64,000 nt of DNA from Comamonadaceae bacterium. Lineage in GTDB: Bacteria; Pseudomonadota; Gammaproteobacteria; Burkholderiales; Burkholderiaceae_C. Below the pieces are notes generated by a model, which was given only the letters and a program-made list of their open reading frames with translations, ran no database searches and was not told the DNA's origin. The position numbers and the translations under genes are program-made. This document shows, in pieces, positions 27,228 through 36,533 of the stretch. The stretch covers positions 9,161 to 73,160 of the forward strand of contig CANFLX010000008.1 in NCBI GenBank assembly GCA_947447985.1, given 5' to 3'. Every line of letters starts with the position of its first letter. The first letter of the stretch is position 1.

Positions 27228-29402
27228 TTAGTAGGGCGTTTTCTGGGGATTGGACTCGAAGGTGCGCAGTCCCGCGCCTATGAGTTCGGGCGCGATATGG
27301 AGCGCCCAGGCCGCGGCCACGGCAGCCATCACCATCTCGGGTTGCGCCGCTTTGGCGGGCTTGAGGCTGCTCAGTGGCAGCAACGAAATTTCTGTGGCGC
27401 CTTGGGCCAGCACGATGGTGGCGTTGTGCAAGTACACCACCCGCTCACCCGCCGCACGGTGTTGCACCAGCGTGGCATGGTCGGCCGACATGCCGTAGAA
27501 AATCACCTTGCCGTCGCACAGGTCTGCCAGTTCCAGCGCCTGCGGGTCGGCCGCGTTGAGCACAGCGGTGCCGCTGGGCAGCACCACATCCACCTGGGTG
27601 CGGGCCACTTTGTAGGTCTGCTCGGCATCCAGAATGTCAAAGTCGTTCAAGGCGGGCAGCCAGCTCACATCGGTAACCACGCCCACATCGCATTTGTCGT
27701 ACGCCAGACCCTGGCCCAGGATGGTGGTGCTCGGGTTCTCAAACACGGCCGCTTGCACCGAGCGGTTGATCAAGATGCGCTGACCCGCCTCCCAATTCGT
27801 GCTGTCGCGGGCATCGACCCGGCGGCCGTCCAGGTACAGGCCTTCGCTGCAGGCCAGTCCCACATGTTTGCCACTGATGTGCACCAGCCAGGCCACCAGG
27901 CGCGCAATGCGCCCGGTGTTGTGGGTGCCGGTAATGCCGACCACTGGTATGCGCCCGTCCATCTTGGGCGCAAACAGGTGCGCCATGATGGCGGTGCCCA
28001 CGGCTTGGCCTTCGCCATTGGCCGGCTTGATATGCGACAGCAGGCCCGGGCTGGCGTTGACTTCAATCACTGCGGCGCGCTGGCTGTGCAGCGGCTGGCT
28101 GCAGTCTTGCAGCACCATGTCCACACCGGCGATGTCCAGGCCCACGATGCGTGCCGCCAGTGCCGCTGCGGCGGCGACCGTCGGGTGCACCAGGCTGGTG
28201 ACGTCAAGCGCCACATTGCCATTGCGCTGGATCAGCACGCGCTGCCCCTGCGCGGGCACCGAACTCGCGCTCAGCCCTACACGCTCGAGTTCCAAAATGA
28301 CTTCGGCGCTCTCGCTGGGGGTCACCACATTGAGGGGGAAGTCTTCGCCCCGTCCCCGGCGCGGGTCCTTGTTGATCTGCAGTTCGGCCAATTGGTCGAT
28401 GGTGGAATGACCGTCTCCCTCCACATACAGCACGTCGCCCCGTGCGGCGGCCACGACCTTTTTGCCAACAACCAGAAGGCGGTGTTCGTCGCCCGGAATA
28501 AATTTTTCGACAATCACGCTGCCACCGCCCTTGCGGTGCGCCAAGTGGTAAGCCGCTTCCACCTCAGCCTGATGCATCAGGTTGAGTGAGACGCCCCGGC
28601 CATGGTTGCCGTCATAGGGTTTCACAACCACGGGCACGCCCACGCTTTGGGCGGCTTCCCAGGCAGCTTCGGCGCTGCGCACCAGCTCGCCCTCGGGCAC
28701 TGGCACGCCACAGGCCTGCAACAAGGCCTTGGTCATGTCTTTGTCGCTGGCGATTTCTTCGGCGATCGCACTGGTCTGGTCGGTTTCTGCGGTCCAGATG
28801 CGGCGTTGGGCGATGCCATAGCCCAGCTGCACCAGGTTGCCCTCCGTGAGCCGCAGGTGCGGAATGCGCCGGGCGGTGGCGGCGTCCACGATGTGCGCGG
28901 TGCTTGGGCCCAGGCACAGCGAGTCCACCATCTCGCTCAGTTCGGCGACGGTGGCCGCCAGGTCAAAGGCGGTGTTGTTTATCGCGGCTTGCACCACATC
29001 GCGCCCGGCCTGCAGTGCGGCGCGCCCGACCTGCTCCTGGCGGGTGCGGAAGGCGACTTTGTAAACCCCGGTTTTGGAGGTCTGGCGCGCTTTGCCAAAG
29101 CCGGTGCGCATGCCCGCCAGGTTTTGCAGCTCCAGGCTGACGTGCTCCAGGATGTGCGCCGCCCAGGTGCCTTCCTTCAAACGCTCCAAAAAGCCACCCC
29201 GCACGCCCGGGCTGCACTCATGCTCGATCAATCCCGGCAGCCATTGGGTGAGGCGATCGGTAAAGCCGGGCAGGGTGTTGGACGGAAAATCTTCCAATTC
29301 ACCAATGTCGACCCAGGCTTCGATGACCGGTCGGTACGTCCAGATATTGGGGCCGCGCAGGTAGTTAACCCGCAAAATGTCGATTTTTTTCAGACTCGTC
29401 AT
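27228..29402 (-). CDS. Cyanophycin synthetase paralog with degenerate, C-terminally truncated M domain (CphA')
   Basis: Start set at ATG 29402 (MTSLKKIDILRVNYLRGPNIWTY). The ATP-grasp region is conserved. The P-loop position reads VVGITGTHNTGRIARL instead of GTNGKTT. The protein ends before the Mur-ligase C-terminal domain (724 aa). Confidence 0.85.
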   Translation of the reverse strand: MTSLKKIDILRVNYLRGPNIWTYRPVIEAWVDIGELEDFPSNTLPGFTDRLTQWLPGLIEHECSPGVRGGFLERLKEGTWAAHILEHVSLELQNLAGMRTGFGKARQTSKTGVYKVAFRTRQEQVGRAALQAGRDVVQAAINNTAFDLAATVAELSEMVDSLCLGPSTAHIVDAATARRIPHLRLTEGNLVQLGYGIAQRRIWTAETDQTSAIAEEIASDKDMTKALLQACGVPVPEGELVRSAEAAWEAAQSVGVPVVVKPYDGNHGRGVSLNLMHQAEVEAAYHLAHRKGGGSVIVEKFIPGDEHRLLVVGKKVVAAARGDVLYVEGDGHSTIDQLAELQINKDPRRGRGEDFPLNVVTPSESAEVILELERVGLSASSVPAQGQRVLIQRNGNVALDVTSLVHPTVAAAAALAARIVGLDIAGVDMVLQDCSQPLHSQRAAVIEVNASPGLLSHIKPANGEGQAVGTAIMAHLFAPKMDGRIPVVGITGTHNTGRIARLVAWLVHISGKHVGLACSEGLYLDGRRVDARDSTNWEAGQRILINRSVQAAVFENPSTTILGQGLAYDKCDVGVVTDVSWLPALNDFDILDAEQTYKVARTQVDVVLPSGTAVLNAADPQALELADLCDGKVIFYGMSADHATLVQHRAAGERVVYLHNATIVLAQGATEISLLPLSSLKPAKAAQPEMVMAAVAAAWALHIAPELIGAGLRTFESNPQKTPY

Positions 29403-29542
29403 GGCGTAAGGTGGGGTTGCGCGTCCACCGTTGGGGTGCTTGGCGCGTTGTGTATTCTCGCTCAAGGCCGTGCCTTGGGCGGTTTGCTGGCCCGCCTCAG
29501 GCATAGTGCAGCTTGGTTTTTTCTAAAGAGTGATTCAAATCC

Positions 29543-31816
29543 ATGACCTTTGACGTATCTGCGCCGACTTTGAGCGCAGCGGAAGTTCCTGCCGCTTGGC
29601 GCCAGGCAGTGCAAGCGCAGCTGCACCCCCAAGAGAACGTGGTGGCCTGCCTGGAGGTTGACTTGGATGCGCAGCTTCACTTTGTGCCCTCGCTGCTGGT
29701 CGCGACCAATCGGGGTCTGCGCAGCCTCGCCAGCGGCGCGGAACCTGCCCAGCTTTGGCCCTACCGCGCCGACTTGCGCCTGAGCCACCACGACCATGCG
29801 GGCGTGGGCCACCTGGAACTGTCTGACAACGAGGCCTTGCTACACCGCTGGCGCTTTACCCTGGGCCAGAACCTGCAGGCCCTGCGCCTGGTGGACCAGT
29901 TTGCCGCCCAGCACAGCAGCTCCATCAGCGGCGAACCGGTAGCGCCTGTGTTGCAAGCCCTGTGCCCCAGCTGCAAAGCACCGCTGGAGCCCGACCAGGA
30001 GGAATGCCCGGTTTGTACCAAGGTGGTTCACACACCGCCGTCCACGTGGACGCTGCTGCGCCTGTGGCAGTTCGCCCGGCCCTACCGGGGCCAGTTGCTG
30101 CTGGGCTTTGTGCTCATGCTCTTGGGTACTGCCGCCAGCCAGGTGCCGCCCTACCTGACCATTCCGCTGGTGGACAAGGTCTTGATTCCCTACCAAAACG
30201 GCCAGCAGATCCCGCCCCTGACGGTGGCCTTGTACTTGTCGGGTTTGCTGGCATCCGGCCTGCTGGCCTGGGTGCTGAGCTGGGCCAAGACCTACATCCT
30301 GGCGCTGGCCTCGGAGCGCATTGCGGCCGACCTGCGCACCACGACCTACGAGCATTTGCTGCGCCTGTCCCTGGAGTACTTTGGCGGCAAGCGCACGGGT
30401 GACCTGCTGTCGCGCGTGGGCAGCGAGAGCGACCGCATTGCGGTCTACCTGTCCCTGCACCTGACCGACTTTGCCAGCGACGTGGTGATGATTGTGATGA
30501 CGGCGGTGATTCTGTTTTCCATGAACCCCTACCTGGCCTTGATCACGCTGGTGCCGCTGCCGTTTATCGGCTGGATGATCCATTTTGTGCGCTACCGCCT
30601 GCGCACAGGTTTCGAAAAAATCGACCGCGTCTGGGGCGAGGTGACCAACGTCTTGGCCGACACCATTCCCGGCATCCGGGTGGTCAAAGCTTTTGCGCAG
30701 GAGCAGCGCGAGGCCAAGCGCTTTCGCGAGGCCAACCGCCACAACCTCTTGGTCAATGACCGTATTAACAAAATTTGGTCGCTGTTTTCGCCCAGCGTCT
30801 CGCTGCTGACGGAAATGGGCTTGCTGGTAGTCTGGGGCTTTGGTATCTGGCAGGTGTCCAAGGGCGAGATCACGGTGGGTATGTTGCTGGCGGCGATTGC
30901 CTACATCGGGCGCTTTTACGGGCGGCTGGATTCGATGAGCCGCATCGTGTCGGTCACGCAAAAGTCGGCCTCTGCAGCCAAGCGCATTTTTGACATCCTG
31001 GACCATGTTTCCAGCGTGCCCGAACCCCAACACCCGGTGCATGTGGACCGCGTGCAGGGCCGCATCGAGTTGCGCGAGGTGGGCTTTCGCTATGGCAACC
31101 GGGCGGTAAACCGGGGCATCAATTTGCGCATCGCACCGGGCGAGATGATCGGCCTGGTGGGTCACAGCGGCTCGGGCAAGAGCACGCTGGTGAACCTGAT
31201 TTGCCGCTTTTACGATGTGTCCGAGGGCGCGATTCTGGTTGACGGTGTGGACATCCGCTCGTACGCGATTGCGGACTTCCGCCGCAACATCGGGCTGGTA
31301 TTGCAGGAGCCGTTTTTGTTTTTCGGCACGATTGCGGAGAACATTGCCTACGGCAAGCCCGATGCCACCCGCAGCGAAATCGTGGCCGCCGCCCGCGCCG
31401 CGCATGCGCACGAGTTCATCCTGCGCTTGCCGCAAGGCTATGACTCCATGGTGGGCGAGCGCGGCCAGGGTCTCTCGGGTGGCGAGCGCCAGCGCATCTC
31501 CATTGCCCGTGCACTGCTGATCGACCCGCGCATCCTGATCCTGGATGAAGCCACCAGTTCGGTGGACTCGGAAACCGAAAAAGAAATTCAAAAAGCCCTC
31601 GAAAACCTGGTCAAGGGGCGCACCACGATTGCGATTGCGCACCGGCTTTCCACTTTGCACCGCGCTGACCGGCTGGTCGTGCTGGACCGTGGCCGCGTGG
31701 TGGAGGAGGGCACGCACGACGCGCTCATGGCCCAAGAGGGTGCGTATTTCAATCTCTACCAAGCCCAGGCGCGCAACGCCGAGCCGGTCTTGGCGTCGGA
31801 AGGCAGTGAGTCATGA
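29543..31816 (+). CDS. ABC exporter (fused TMD-NBD) with ~170-aa N-terminal soluble extension containing a CPxC...CPxC zinc ribbon
   Basis: Walker A GHSGSGKST, signature LSGGERQR and Walker B ILILDEATS, with six TM helices upstream. The extension carries CPSCKAPLEPDQEECPVC. Divergent from cphA'. Confidence 0.85.
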   Translation: MTFDVSAPTLSAAEVPAAWRQAVQAQLHPQENVVACLEVDLDAQLHFVPSLLVATNRGLRSLASGAEPAQLWPYRADLRLSHHDHAGVGHLELSDNEALLHRWRFTLGQNLQALRLVDQFAAQHSSSISGEPVAPVLQALCPSCKAPLEPDQEECPVCTKVVHTPPSTWTLLRLWQFARPYRGQLLLGFVLMLLGTAASQVPPYLTIPLVDKVLIPYQNGQQIPPLTVALYLSGLLASGLLAWVLSWAKTYILALASERIAADLRTTTYEHLLRLSLEYFGGKRTGDLLSRVGSESDRIAVYLSLHLTDFASDVVMIVMTAVILFSMNPYLALITLVPLPFIGWMIHFVRYRLRTGFEKIDRVWGEVTNVLADTIPGIRVVKAFAQEQREAKRFREANRHNLLVNDRINKIWSLFSPSVSLLTEMGLLVVWGFGIWQVSKGEITVGMLLAAIAYIGRFYGRLDSMSRIVSVTQKSASAAKRIFDILDHVSSVPEPQHPVHVDRVQGRIELREVGFRYGNRAVNRGINLRIAPGEMIGLVGHSGSGKSTLVNLICRFYDVSEGAILVDGVDIRSYAIADFRRNIGLVLQEPFLFFGTIAENIAYGKPDATRSEIVAAARAAHAHEFILRLPQGYDSMVGERGQGLSGGERQRISIARALLIDPRILILDEATSSVDSETEKEIQKALENLVKGRTTIAIAHRLSTLHRADRLVVLDRGRVVEEGTHDALMAQEGAYFNLYQAQARNAEPVLASEGSES

Positions 31817-32316
31817 GCCAGGACATTGTTCAAACCGCCAGCGGCTCGTCCGACGCATGGGTCCTGGAACGCACCCCCTTTGGCAAGCTGGTGCTGACCA
31901 ATGCCCAAGGCGAGCGCTTCGAAGGTGTGGTGCCCGTGCGGGCATTTCCGATCCAGGCGCCTGAAGAGGGCGTGTCGGTGGTCGATTCCGATGGGCATGA
32001 AGTGGCATGGATTGCGCACTTGGGCGCGCTGCACGCCAGCGCCCAAGAAATGCTGCGTCAGGAGCTGACCCGGCGTGAATTCATGCCGGTGCTGCAGCGC
32101 ATTGAAGCCGTCAGCAGCTTTTCTACCCCGTGCACCTGGACGGTTCAGACCGACCGTGGCCGCTGCGAATTCGTGCTGCGCGGTGATGAAGACATCCGCC
32201 GCGTGGGCACCGCCCATGGCCTGCTGATTTCGGACGCCCACGGCATTCACTACCTGGTACCTGATCAGTTTGCCTTGGACGCCCACAGCAAGAAAATCTT
32301 GGATCGGTTTTTGTAG
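31813..32316 (+). CDS. DUF1854 family protein
   Basis: 167 aa. The ATG overlaps the ABC stop (ATGA). The pattern FGKLVLTNAQGERFEGVVPVRAFP...EFMPVLQRIEAV...WTVQTDRG...F matches my memory of DUF1854, which is normally paired with this ABC type. Confidence 0.65.
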   Translation: MSQDIVQTASGSSDAWVLERTPFGKLVLTNAQGERFEGVVPVRAFPIQAPEEGVSVVDSDGHEVAWIAHLGALHASAQEMLRQELTRREFMPVLQRIEAVSSFSTPCTWTVQTDRGRCEFVLRGDEDIRRVGTAHGLLISDAHGIHYLVPDQFALDAHSKKILDRFL

Positions 32317-32333
32317 CCCGCGATAATGAACCG

Positions 32334-32807
32334 ATGACCCAAGACCCCCCTTCCTCGCCAGACAGTGGCGGTTTACGCGCTTTTGTTCTCAGTTGGCGAT
32401 TTGTGTTGGTGTTGTTTTACGGCGCGGTGGCCTTGGTGTTTGTCAGCGTCGTCGGCTCTATCGTGGTCAATGCGGTCAAGAACCATGGCCTGGTTCCGCC
32501 ACCCAGCACCTTGGTGCGTTTCGACTGCAGTACGGGGTCAACGCCCTTTGTGCTGATGTACCTGCATGGCACAGAGCGGGTCAAAATCAGCTCGGCCAGC
32601 GGTGTTCTGGAAGGCACGCTGCACAACAACTTGTTGGACTGGGGCAGCTTTGGCAGCGACGCCAGCCAGCTTGGCTTTCTCCCACCGCACGCGATCAGTG
32701 CCGAAGACCCCCAGACCTTGACCCTGAAAGCGGCGGATGCCAGCGCTCTGCATTGCACCCGGGCTGCGCCTGCCAGTGGCGGCGCGTCAACGAAGCAGCC
32801 TGCATGA
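32334..32807 (+). CDS. Hypothetical membrane-anchored protein (157 aa)
   Basis: One N-terminal TM helix (FVLVLFYGAVALVFVSVVGSIVV) followed by a roughly 100-aa domain with two Cys. It starts 17 nt after DUF1854, and its stop overlaps the next ATG. Confidence 0.5.
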   Translation: MTQDPPSSPDSGGLRAFVLSWRFVLVLFYGAVALVFVSVVGSIVVNAVKNHGLVPPPSTLVRFDCSTGSTPFVLMYLHGTERVKISSASGVLEGTLHNNLLDWGSFGSDASQLGFLPPHAISAEDPQTLTLKAADASALHCTRAAPASGGASTKQPA

Positions 32808-33265
32808 GGCGGCAGCGCGTTTGCCTCGTCCTGTGCTTGCTGGTGGTGGGCGTGTTGACAGCGTGTGTGCGCCAGGTGCCAGACACCCACCCCGACCAGG
32901 TGCTGACCAAACGCAAGGTGCTGTTCAAACAAATGAACCGGGCGCTGGAGCCCATTGGTTTGGTCGCCAACGAACGCGAGCCCTACAAAAAGGAAGATTT
33001 TGCAGGCTATGTGGACGAGCTGCAAAAGCTTTCCAACAAACCCTGGGCGTATTTTCCGCAGGATGGCAATTACCCACCGACTCGAGCCAAGCCGGCGGTG
33101 TGGTCAGAGCCAGCAGAGTTTGACGCGGCCCAAAAGCAGTACCAGCGTGTGGTGGCCCAACTCGCCCAAGAGGCCCAAGCAGGGGACTTAGAAAAAATCA
33201 AGCCTGCGGTGGTGGAGGTGACCAACAGCTGCAAGTCCTGCCACAAAAAATTCCGCTTCGACTGA
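32804..33265 (+). CDS. Class II cytochrome c (cytochrome c'/c556-like) lipoprotein
   Basis: Start set at ATG 32804 in ORF 32393..33265. Lipobox LTAC, and a single C-terminal heme motif CKSCHKKFR typical of four-helix-bundle class II cytochromes c. Confidence 0.65.
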   Translation: MRRQRVCLVLCLLVVGVLTACVRQVPDTHPDQVLTKRKVLFKQMNRALEPIGLVANEREPYKKEDFAGYVDELQKLSNKPWAYFPQDGNYPPTRAKPAVWSEPAEFDAAQKQYQRVVAQLAQEAQAGDLEKIKPAVVEVTNSCKSCHKKFRFD

Positions 33266-33280
33266 CGCTCACAGCGCCGC

Positions 33281-33592
33281 TTAGAACGCGATCTTGCCCC
33301 GCAGGATGTCAAACCACATGCGCCAGTCGCCCATCAGGCTGAACAGCGGGTATTGGAAGGTGGCAGGTTTGTTGTGCTCAAAAAAGAAGTGCCCGACCCA
33401 GGCAAACGCATAGCCCTGCAAAAGCGCTACCACGATCAAGCCTGGCGCCGTATTCAGCAGCGCAGTGACCAAGAGCACCGCCGCAATGCTGGTGCCCACA
33501 AAGTGCAATCGCCGCGACACGCGGTTGGCGTGCTCCTCCAAATAAAAGGGGTAGAAGTCGGCGAAGCTGGTGTAGCGCTCTTCGGGGTTCAT
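33281..33592 (-). CDS. DUF962 (Mpo1-like) small membrane protein
   Basis: [25 protein letters not shown]...[26 protein letters not shown]. Its start overlaps the purM stop by 4 nt. Confidence 0.7.
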   Translation of the reverse strand: MNPEERYTSFADFYPFYLEEHANRVSRRLHFVGTSIAAVLLVTALLNTAPGLIVVALLQGYAFAWVGHFFFEHNKPATFQYPLFSLMGDWRMWFDILRGKIAF

Positions 33593-34665
33593 GCGGCCCC
33601 CACCACCTGCACCGCGGCGCCATCGCCGCGCGCGGCAATCGCACCAATCTCAAACACCTGCTCACCGCTTGCGCGCAGGCTTGCTGCACACGCCGCAGCA
33701 GCAGAAGCGTCCACCACCACCACCATGCCAATGCCGTTGTTGAAGGTGCGGTTCATCTCGATGTCGTCAATGCCGGCAGTCGCTTGCAGCCAGGCGAACA
33801 GTTCGGTTTGCGGCCAACTGCCTTTTTGCAGCACGGCGGCGCAGCCATCGGGCAGCACGCGGGGTATGTTTTCCAGCAGGCCGCCACCAGTGATGTGGGC
33901 CAGGGCCTTGATGCCGCCTGTGGCGTCACTGTGCGGGTGGGCGGCCAGGGCGGCGAGCACGTTTTTCACGTACAGGCGGGTGGGCTCCATCAGCGCCTGT
34001 TTGAAAGGCTTCCCGTCCAAGGTGGCGGGCGTGTTGGCACCAGCGCGCTCAATGCATTTGCGCACCAAGCTAAAGCCGTTGCTGTGCACGCCGTGCGAGG
34101 CCAGGCCCAGCACCACGTCGCCGGGGCGCACGTGCTGGCCGGTCAAAATTTTGGACTTTTCTACGGCACCCACAGCAAAGCCGGCCAGGTCGTATTCACC
34201 CGCGGGGTACATGCCTGGCATTTCTGCGGTTTCGCCGCCGATCAGCGCGCAGCCCGAGAGCTCGCAGCCCTTGGCAATGCCACCGATCACCGCTGCTGCG
34301 GTGTCAACATCGAGCTTGCCGCAGGCAAAGTAGTCCAGAAAGAACAAGGGTTCCGCGCCTTGCACCAGCACGTCGTTCACGCTCATGGCCACCAGATCGA
34401 TGCCCACGGTGTCGTGCATATTCCATTCAAAGGCGAGCTTGAGCTTGGTGCCCACGCCGTCGGTGCCGCTGACCAGGACCGGTTCCTGGTAGCGCTTGGG
34501 CACTTCAAACAGCGCGCCAAAGCCGCCAATGCCGGCCAGCACGCCTTCGCGCATGGTTTTTTTGGCCAGGGGCTTGATGCGTTCGACCAGGGCATCGCCC
34601 GCGTCAATGTCCACGCCTGCGGCTTTGTAGGACAGGGGGGTGGTGGGGGTCAATGGTGAGGTCAT
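33589..34665 (-). CDS. purM: Phosphoribosylformylglycinamidine cyclo-ligase
   Basis: [38 protein letters not shown] and [11 protein letters not shown]. Confidence 0.95.
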   Translation of the reverse strand: MTSPLTPTTPLSYKAAGVDIDAGDALVERIKPLAKKTMREGVLAGIGGFGALFEVPKRYQEPVLVSGTDGVGTKLKLAFEWNMHDTVGIDLVAMSVNDVLVQGAEPLFFLDYFACGKLDVDTAAAVIGGIAKGCELSGCALIGGETAEMPGMYPAGEYDLAGFAVGAVEKSKILTGQHVRPGDVVLGLASHGVHSNGFSLVRKCIERAGANTPATLDGKPFKQALMEPTRLYVKNVLAALAAHPHSDATGGIKALAHITGGGLLENIPRVLPDGCAAVLQKGSWPQTELFAWLQATAGIDDIEMNRTFNNGIGMVVVVDASAAAACAASLRASGEQVFEIGAIAARGDGAAVQVVGAA

Positions 34666-34748
34666 GAAGAGTTGGGGCTCCCGAAGGGCTGCCCGATAGA
34701 ATCAAGCCCTGATTTTACGGGCTCACCCCGTTCCACCTTGGAGTCCTC

Positions 34749-35843
34749 GTGACCGATGCGCAGAAAAGTTTGGCCGCGTGGGCCGCAATCGCCGGAATTT
34801 TCCTGCTGATGCTGTGGTTTTTGGCGCCCGTGATGGCGCCATTCATCGTGGCGGCGGTACTGGCCTATGCGCTGACCCCGCTGGTGGATACCTTGGATGC
34901 CGCGCTGCAAGGCCGCGTCCCGCGCGTGCTGGCGGTGGTGGTGGTCGAGCTGCTGTTTGTGGTGGTGGCGCTGGGCTTGGTGCTGTTGGTGGTGCCGATC
35001 TTGGTCAAAGAGCTTCCTGCCATGCGCGATCAATTGCCCATCTTCTTGGACAAGGTCAACCTGACGGTGCAACCGCTGCTGCACAAATTCGGTATCAAAC
35101 TCAGCTTGGACCTGGCCAGCATCAAGACCTTTGTGATGACTTACCTCAACGCCAACTTTGAAGATTCACTCAGTTCGGTCTTGTCCTCGGTCAAGTTGGG
35201 GGGAAGTGCCGCACTTGCCTTGCTGGGCAACGCAGTGCTGATTCCCGTTGCCCTGTTTTACTTGCTGATGGATTGGGAGCGCTTTATGCGCACCCTGCGC
35301 GAATTGATTCCGCCCCGCTTGCGTTCTGCCACCGATAGCTTTTTGCTGGAGGCCGATCAGGTGCTGGGTGAATACCTGCGCGGCCAGTTGATCGTCATGG
35401 GGGTGCTGGCGGTGTACTACAGCCTCGGCTTGGGCCTCTTCGGTTTGGACCTCGCGGTGCCGATTGGCACGTTTACCGGCCTGGCCGTGTTCGTGCCCTA
35501 TTTAGGCTTCGGTCTGGGCCTGGTGCTGGCGCTGTTGGCGGGCTTGTTGGAGTTCGCCAATACGGGCGGTGCAACCCATGCGGTGCTGATGGTGGCAGTG
35601 GTGTTTGGCTGTGGCCAAGTGCTGGAGAGCTTTTTTCTGACGCCACGTCTGGTGGGCGAGCGCATTGGTTTGCACCCCTTGGCCGTGATTTTTGCCTTGC
35701 TGGCCTTTGGCGAGCTGTTTGGTTTTGTGGGTATTTTGGTGGCGTTGCCGGTCAGCGCCGTTCTGCTGGTGGCCATACGGCGTGTGCGCACAGGCTACCT
35801 TGCCAGCGACCTGTACCAAGGGCGCGGCCCGGGCCACCGCTAG
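34749..35843 (+). CDS. AI-2E family transporter (PerM-like permease)
   Basis: GTG start. About 8 hydrophobic helices. The C-terminal motif GFVGILVALPVSAV is typical of the family. Confidence 0.8.
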   Translation: MTDAQKSLAAWAAIAGIFLLMLWFLAPVMAPFIVAAVLAYALTPLVDTLDAALQGRVPRVLAVVVVELLFVVVALGLVLLVVPILVKELPAMRDQLPIFLDKVNLTVQPLLHKFGIKLSLDLASIKTFVMTYLNANFEDSLSSVLSSVKLGGSAALALLGNAVLIPVALFYLLMDWERFMRTLRELIPPRLRSATDSFLLEADQVLGEYLRGQLIVMGVLAVYYSLGLGLFGLDLAVPIGTFTGLAVFVPYLGFGLGLVLALLAGLLEFANTGGATHAVLMVAVVFGCGQVLESFFLTPRLVGERIGLHPLAVIFALLAFGELFGFVGILVALPVSAVLLVAIRRVRTGYLASDLYQGRGPGHR

Positions 35844-35852
35844 CGCGCCAGC

Positions 35853-36533
35853 ATGCAGCAAATCGCTTTGGACATCGGCCTGGTCCCGGTCCCCACTTTC
35901 GATAATTTTTTCACCGGCCCCAACGCTGCGGTGGTGGAGCAGCTCCAAAGCTGGCTTAGCCCGCAAGACGCGGGCCATGCCCCTTTGACGGCTTACCTGT
36001 GGGGGCCGCAGGGCAGTGGCAAAAGCCATTTGCTGCAAGCCGCTTATGACCAATGGCGGGCGCAAGGGCATACCGTAGGCCGCATGGATGCGCACACCAG
36101 CGAGGCCTGCACCTTTGACGAACGCTGGGTGGCGGTGGTCTTGGACGATGTGGATGGCTACACCCCCATCCAACAGCAGCTCGCATTCAGCTGGTTTGTG
36201 CAGGCCCACACCTTGCAGCGCCCGGTACTTGCCGCAGGGCTTGTTGCCCCCACGCTGCTGACCTTGCGGGAAGATCTGCGCACTCGCTTGGGCTGGGGCC
36301 ATGTGCTGGGCTTGGACTTGCTCAGCGATGCGCAAACCCGTGTCGCCCTGCGCCAGGCGGCCGATGCGCGCGGCTTGGCACTGAGTGAGGAAGTAATGGA
36401 CTTCACCCTGCGCCGCTTCAGCCGCGACCTGGGCAGTCTGATGCAGTTGCTCGATACCTTGGACCGCTACGCCTTGCAAACCCAGCGCGCGCTGACCATC
36501 CCCCTTGTGAAATCAATGCTGGAGAACGCATGA
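35853..36533 (+). CDS. hda: DnaA regulatory inactivator Hda
   Basis: 226 aa. QIALDIG...TFDNFFTGPN, P-loop-like WGPQGSGKSHLL, and a DnaA-type box VII region. Confidence 0.8.
   Translation: MQQIALDIGLVPVPTFDNFFTGPNAAVVEQLQSWLSPQDAGHAPLTAYLWGPQGSGKSHLLQAAYDQWRAQGHTVGRMDAHTSEACTFDERWVAVVLDDVDGYTPIQQQLAFSWFVQAHTLQRPVLAAGLVAPTLLTLREDLRTRLGWGHVLGLDLLSDAQTRVALRQAADARGLALSEEVMDFTLRRFSRDLGSLMQLLDTLDRYALQTQRALTIPLVKSMLENA

Noticed and set aside
24611-28589. ORFs of 709 aa and 466 aa lie antisense to the two cphA genes.
   Set aside because: The opposite strand encodes full-length cyanophycin synthetase homologs. These ORFs are His/Gly/Ala/Arg-rich with no recognisable domains.
29403-29542. Possible sigma-54 (GG-N10-GC) promoter elements lie in the cphA'/ABC divergent region (TTGGCGCGTTGTGTATT and AGGCATAGTGCAGCTT).
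   Set aside because: The first lacks the -12 GC. The second has GG-to-GC spacing off by one. Neither is supportable by eye.
29840-31762. A 640-aa ORF lies antisense to the ABC transporter gene.
   Set aside because: It is a shadow ORF. The ABC motifs on the plus strand are unambiguous.
34666-34748. I considered a ZTP/pfl-type riboswitch upstream of purM.
   Set aside because: The minus-strand leader shows none of the conserved ZTP cores (no GGGTCGTGAC, no CCGCCTGGGC-like 3' element).
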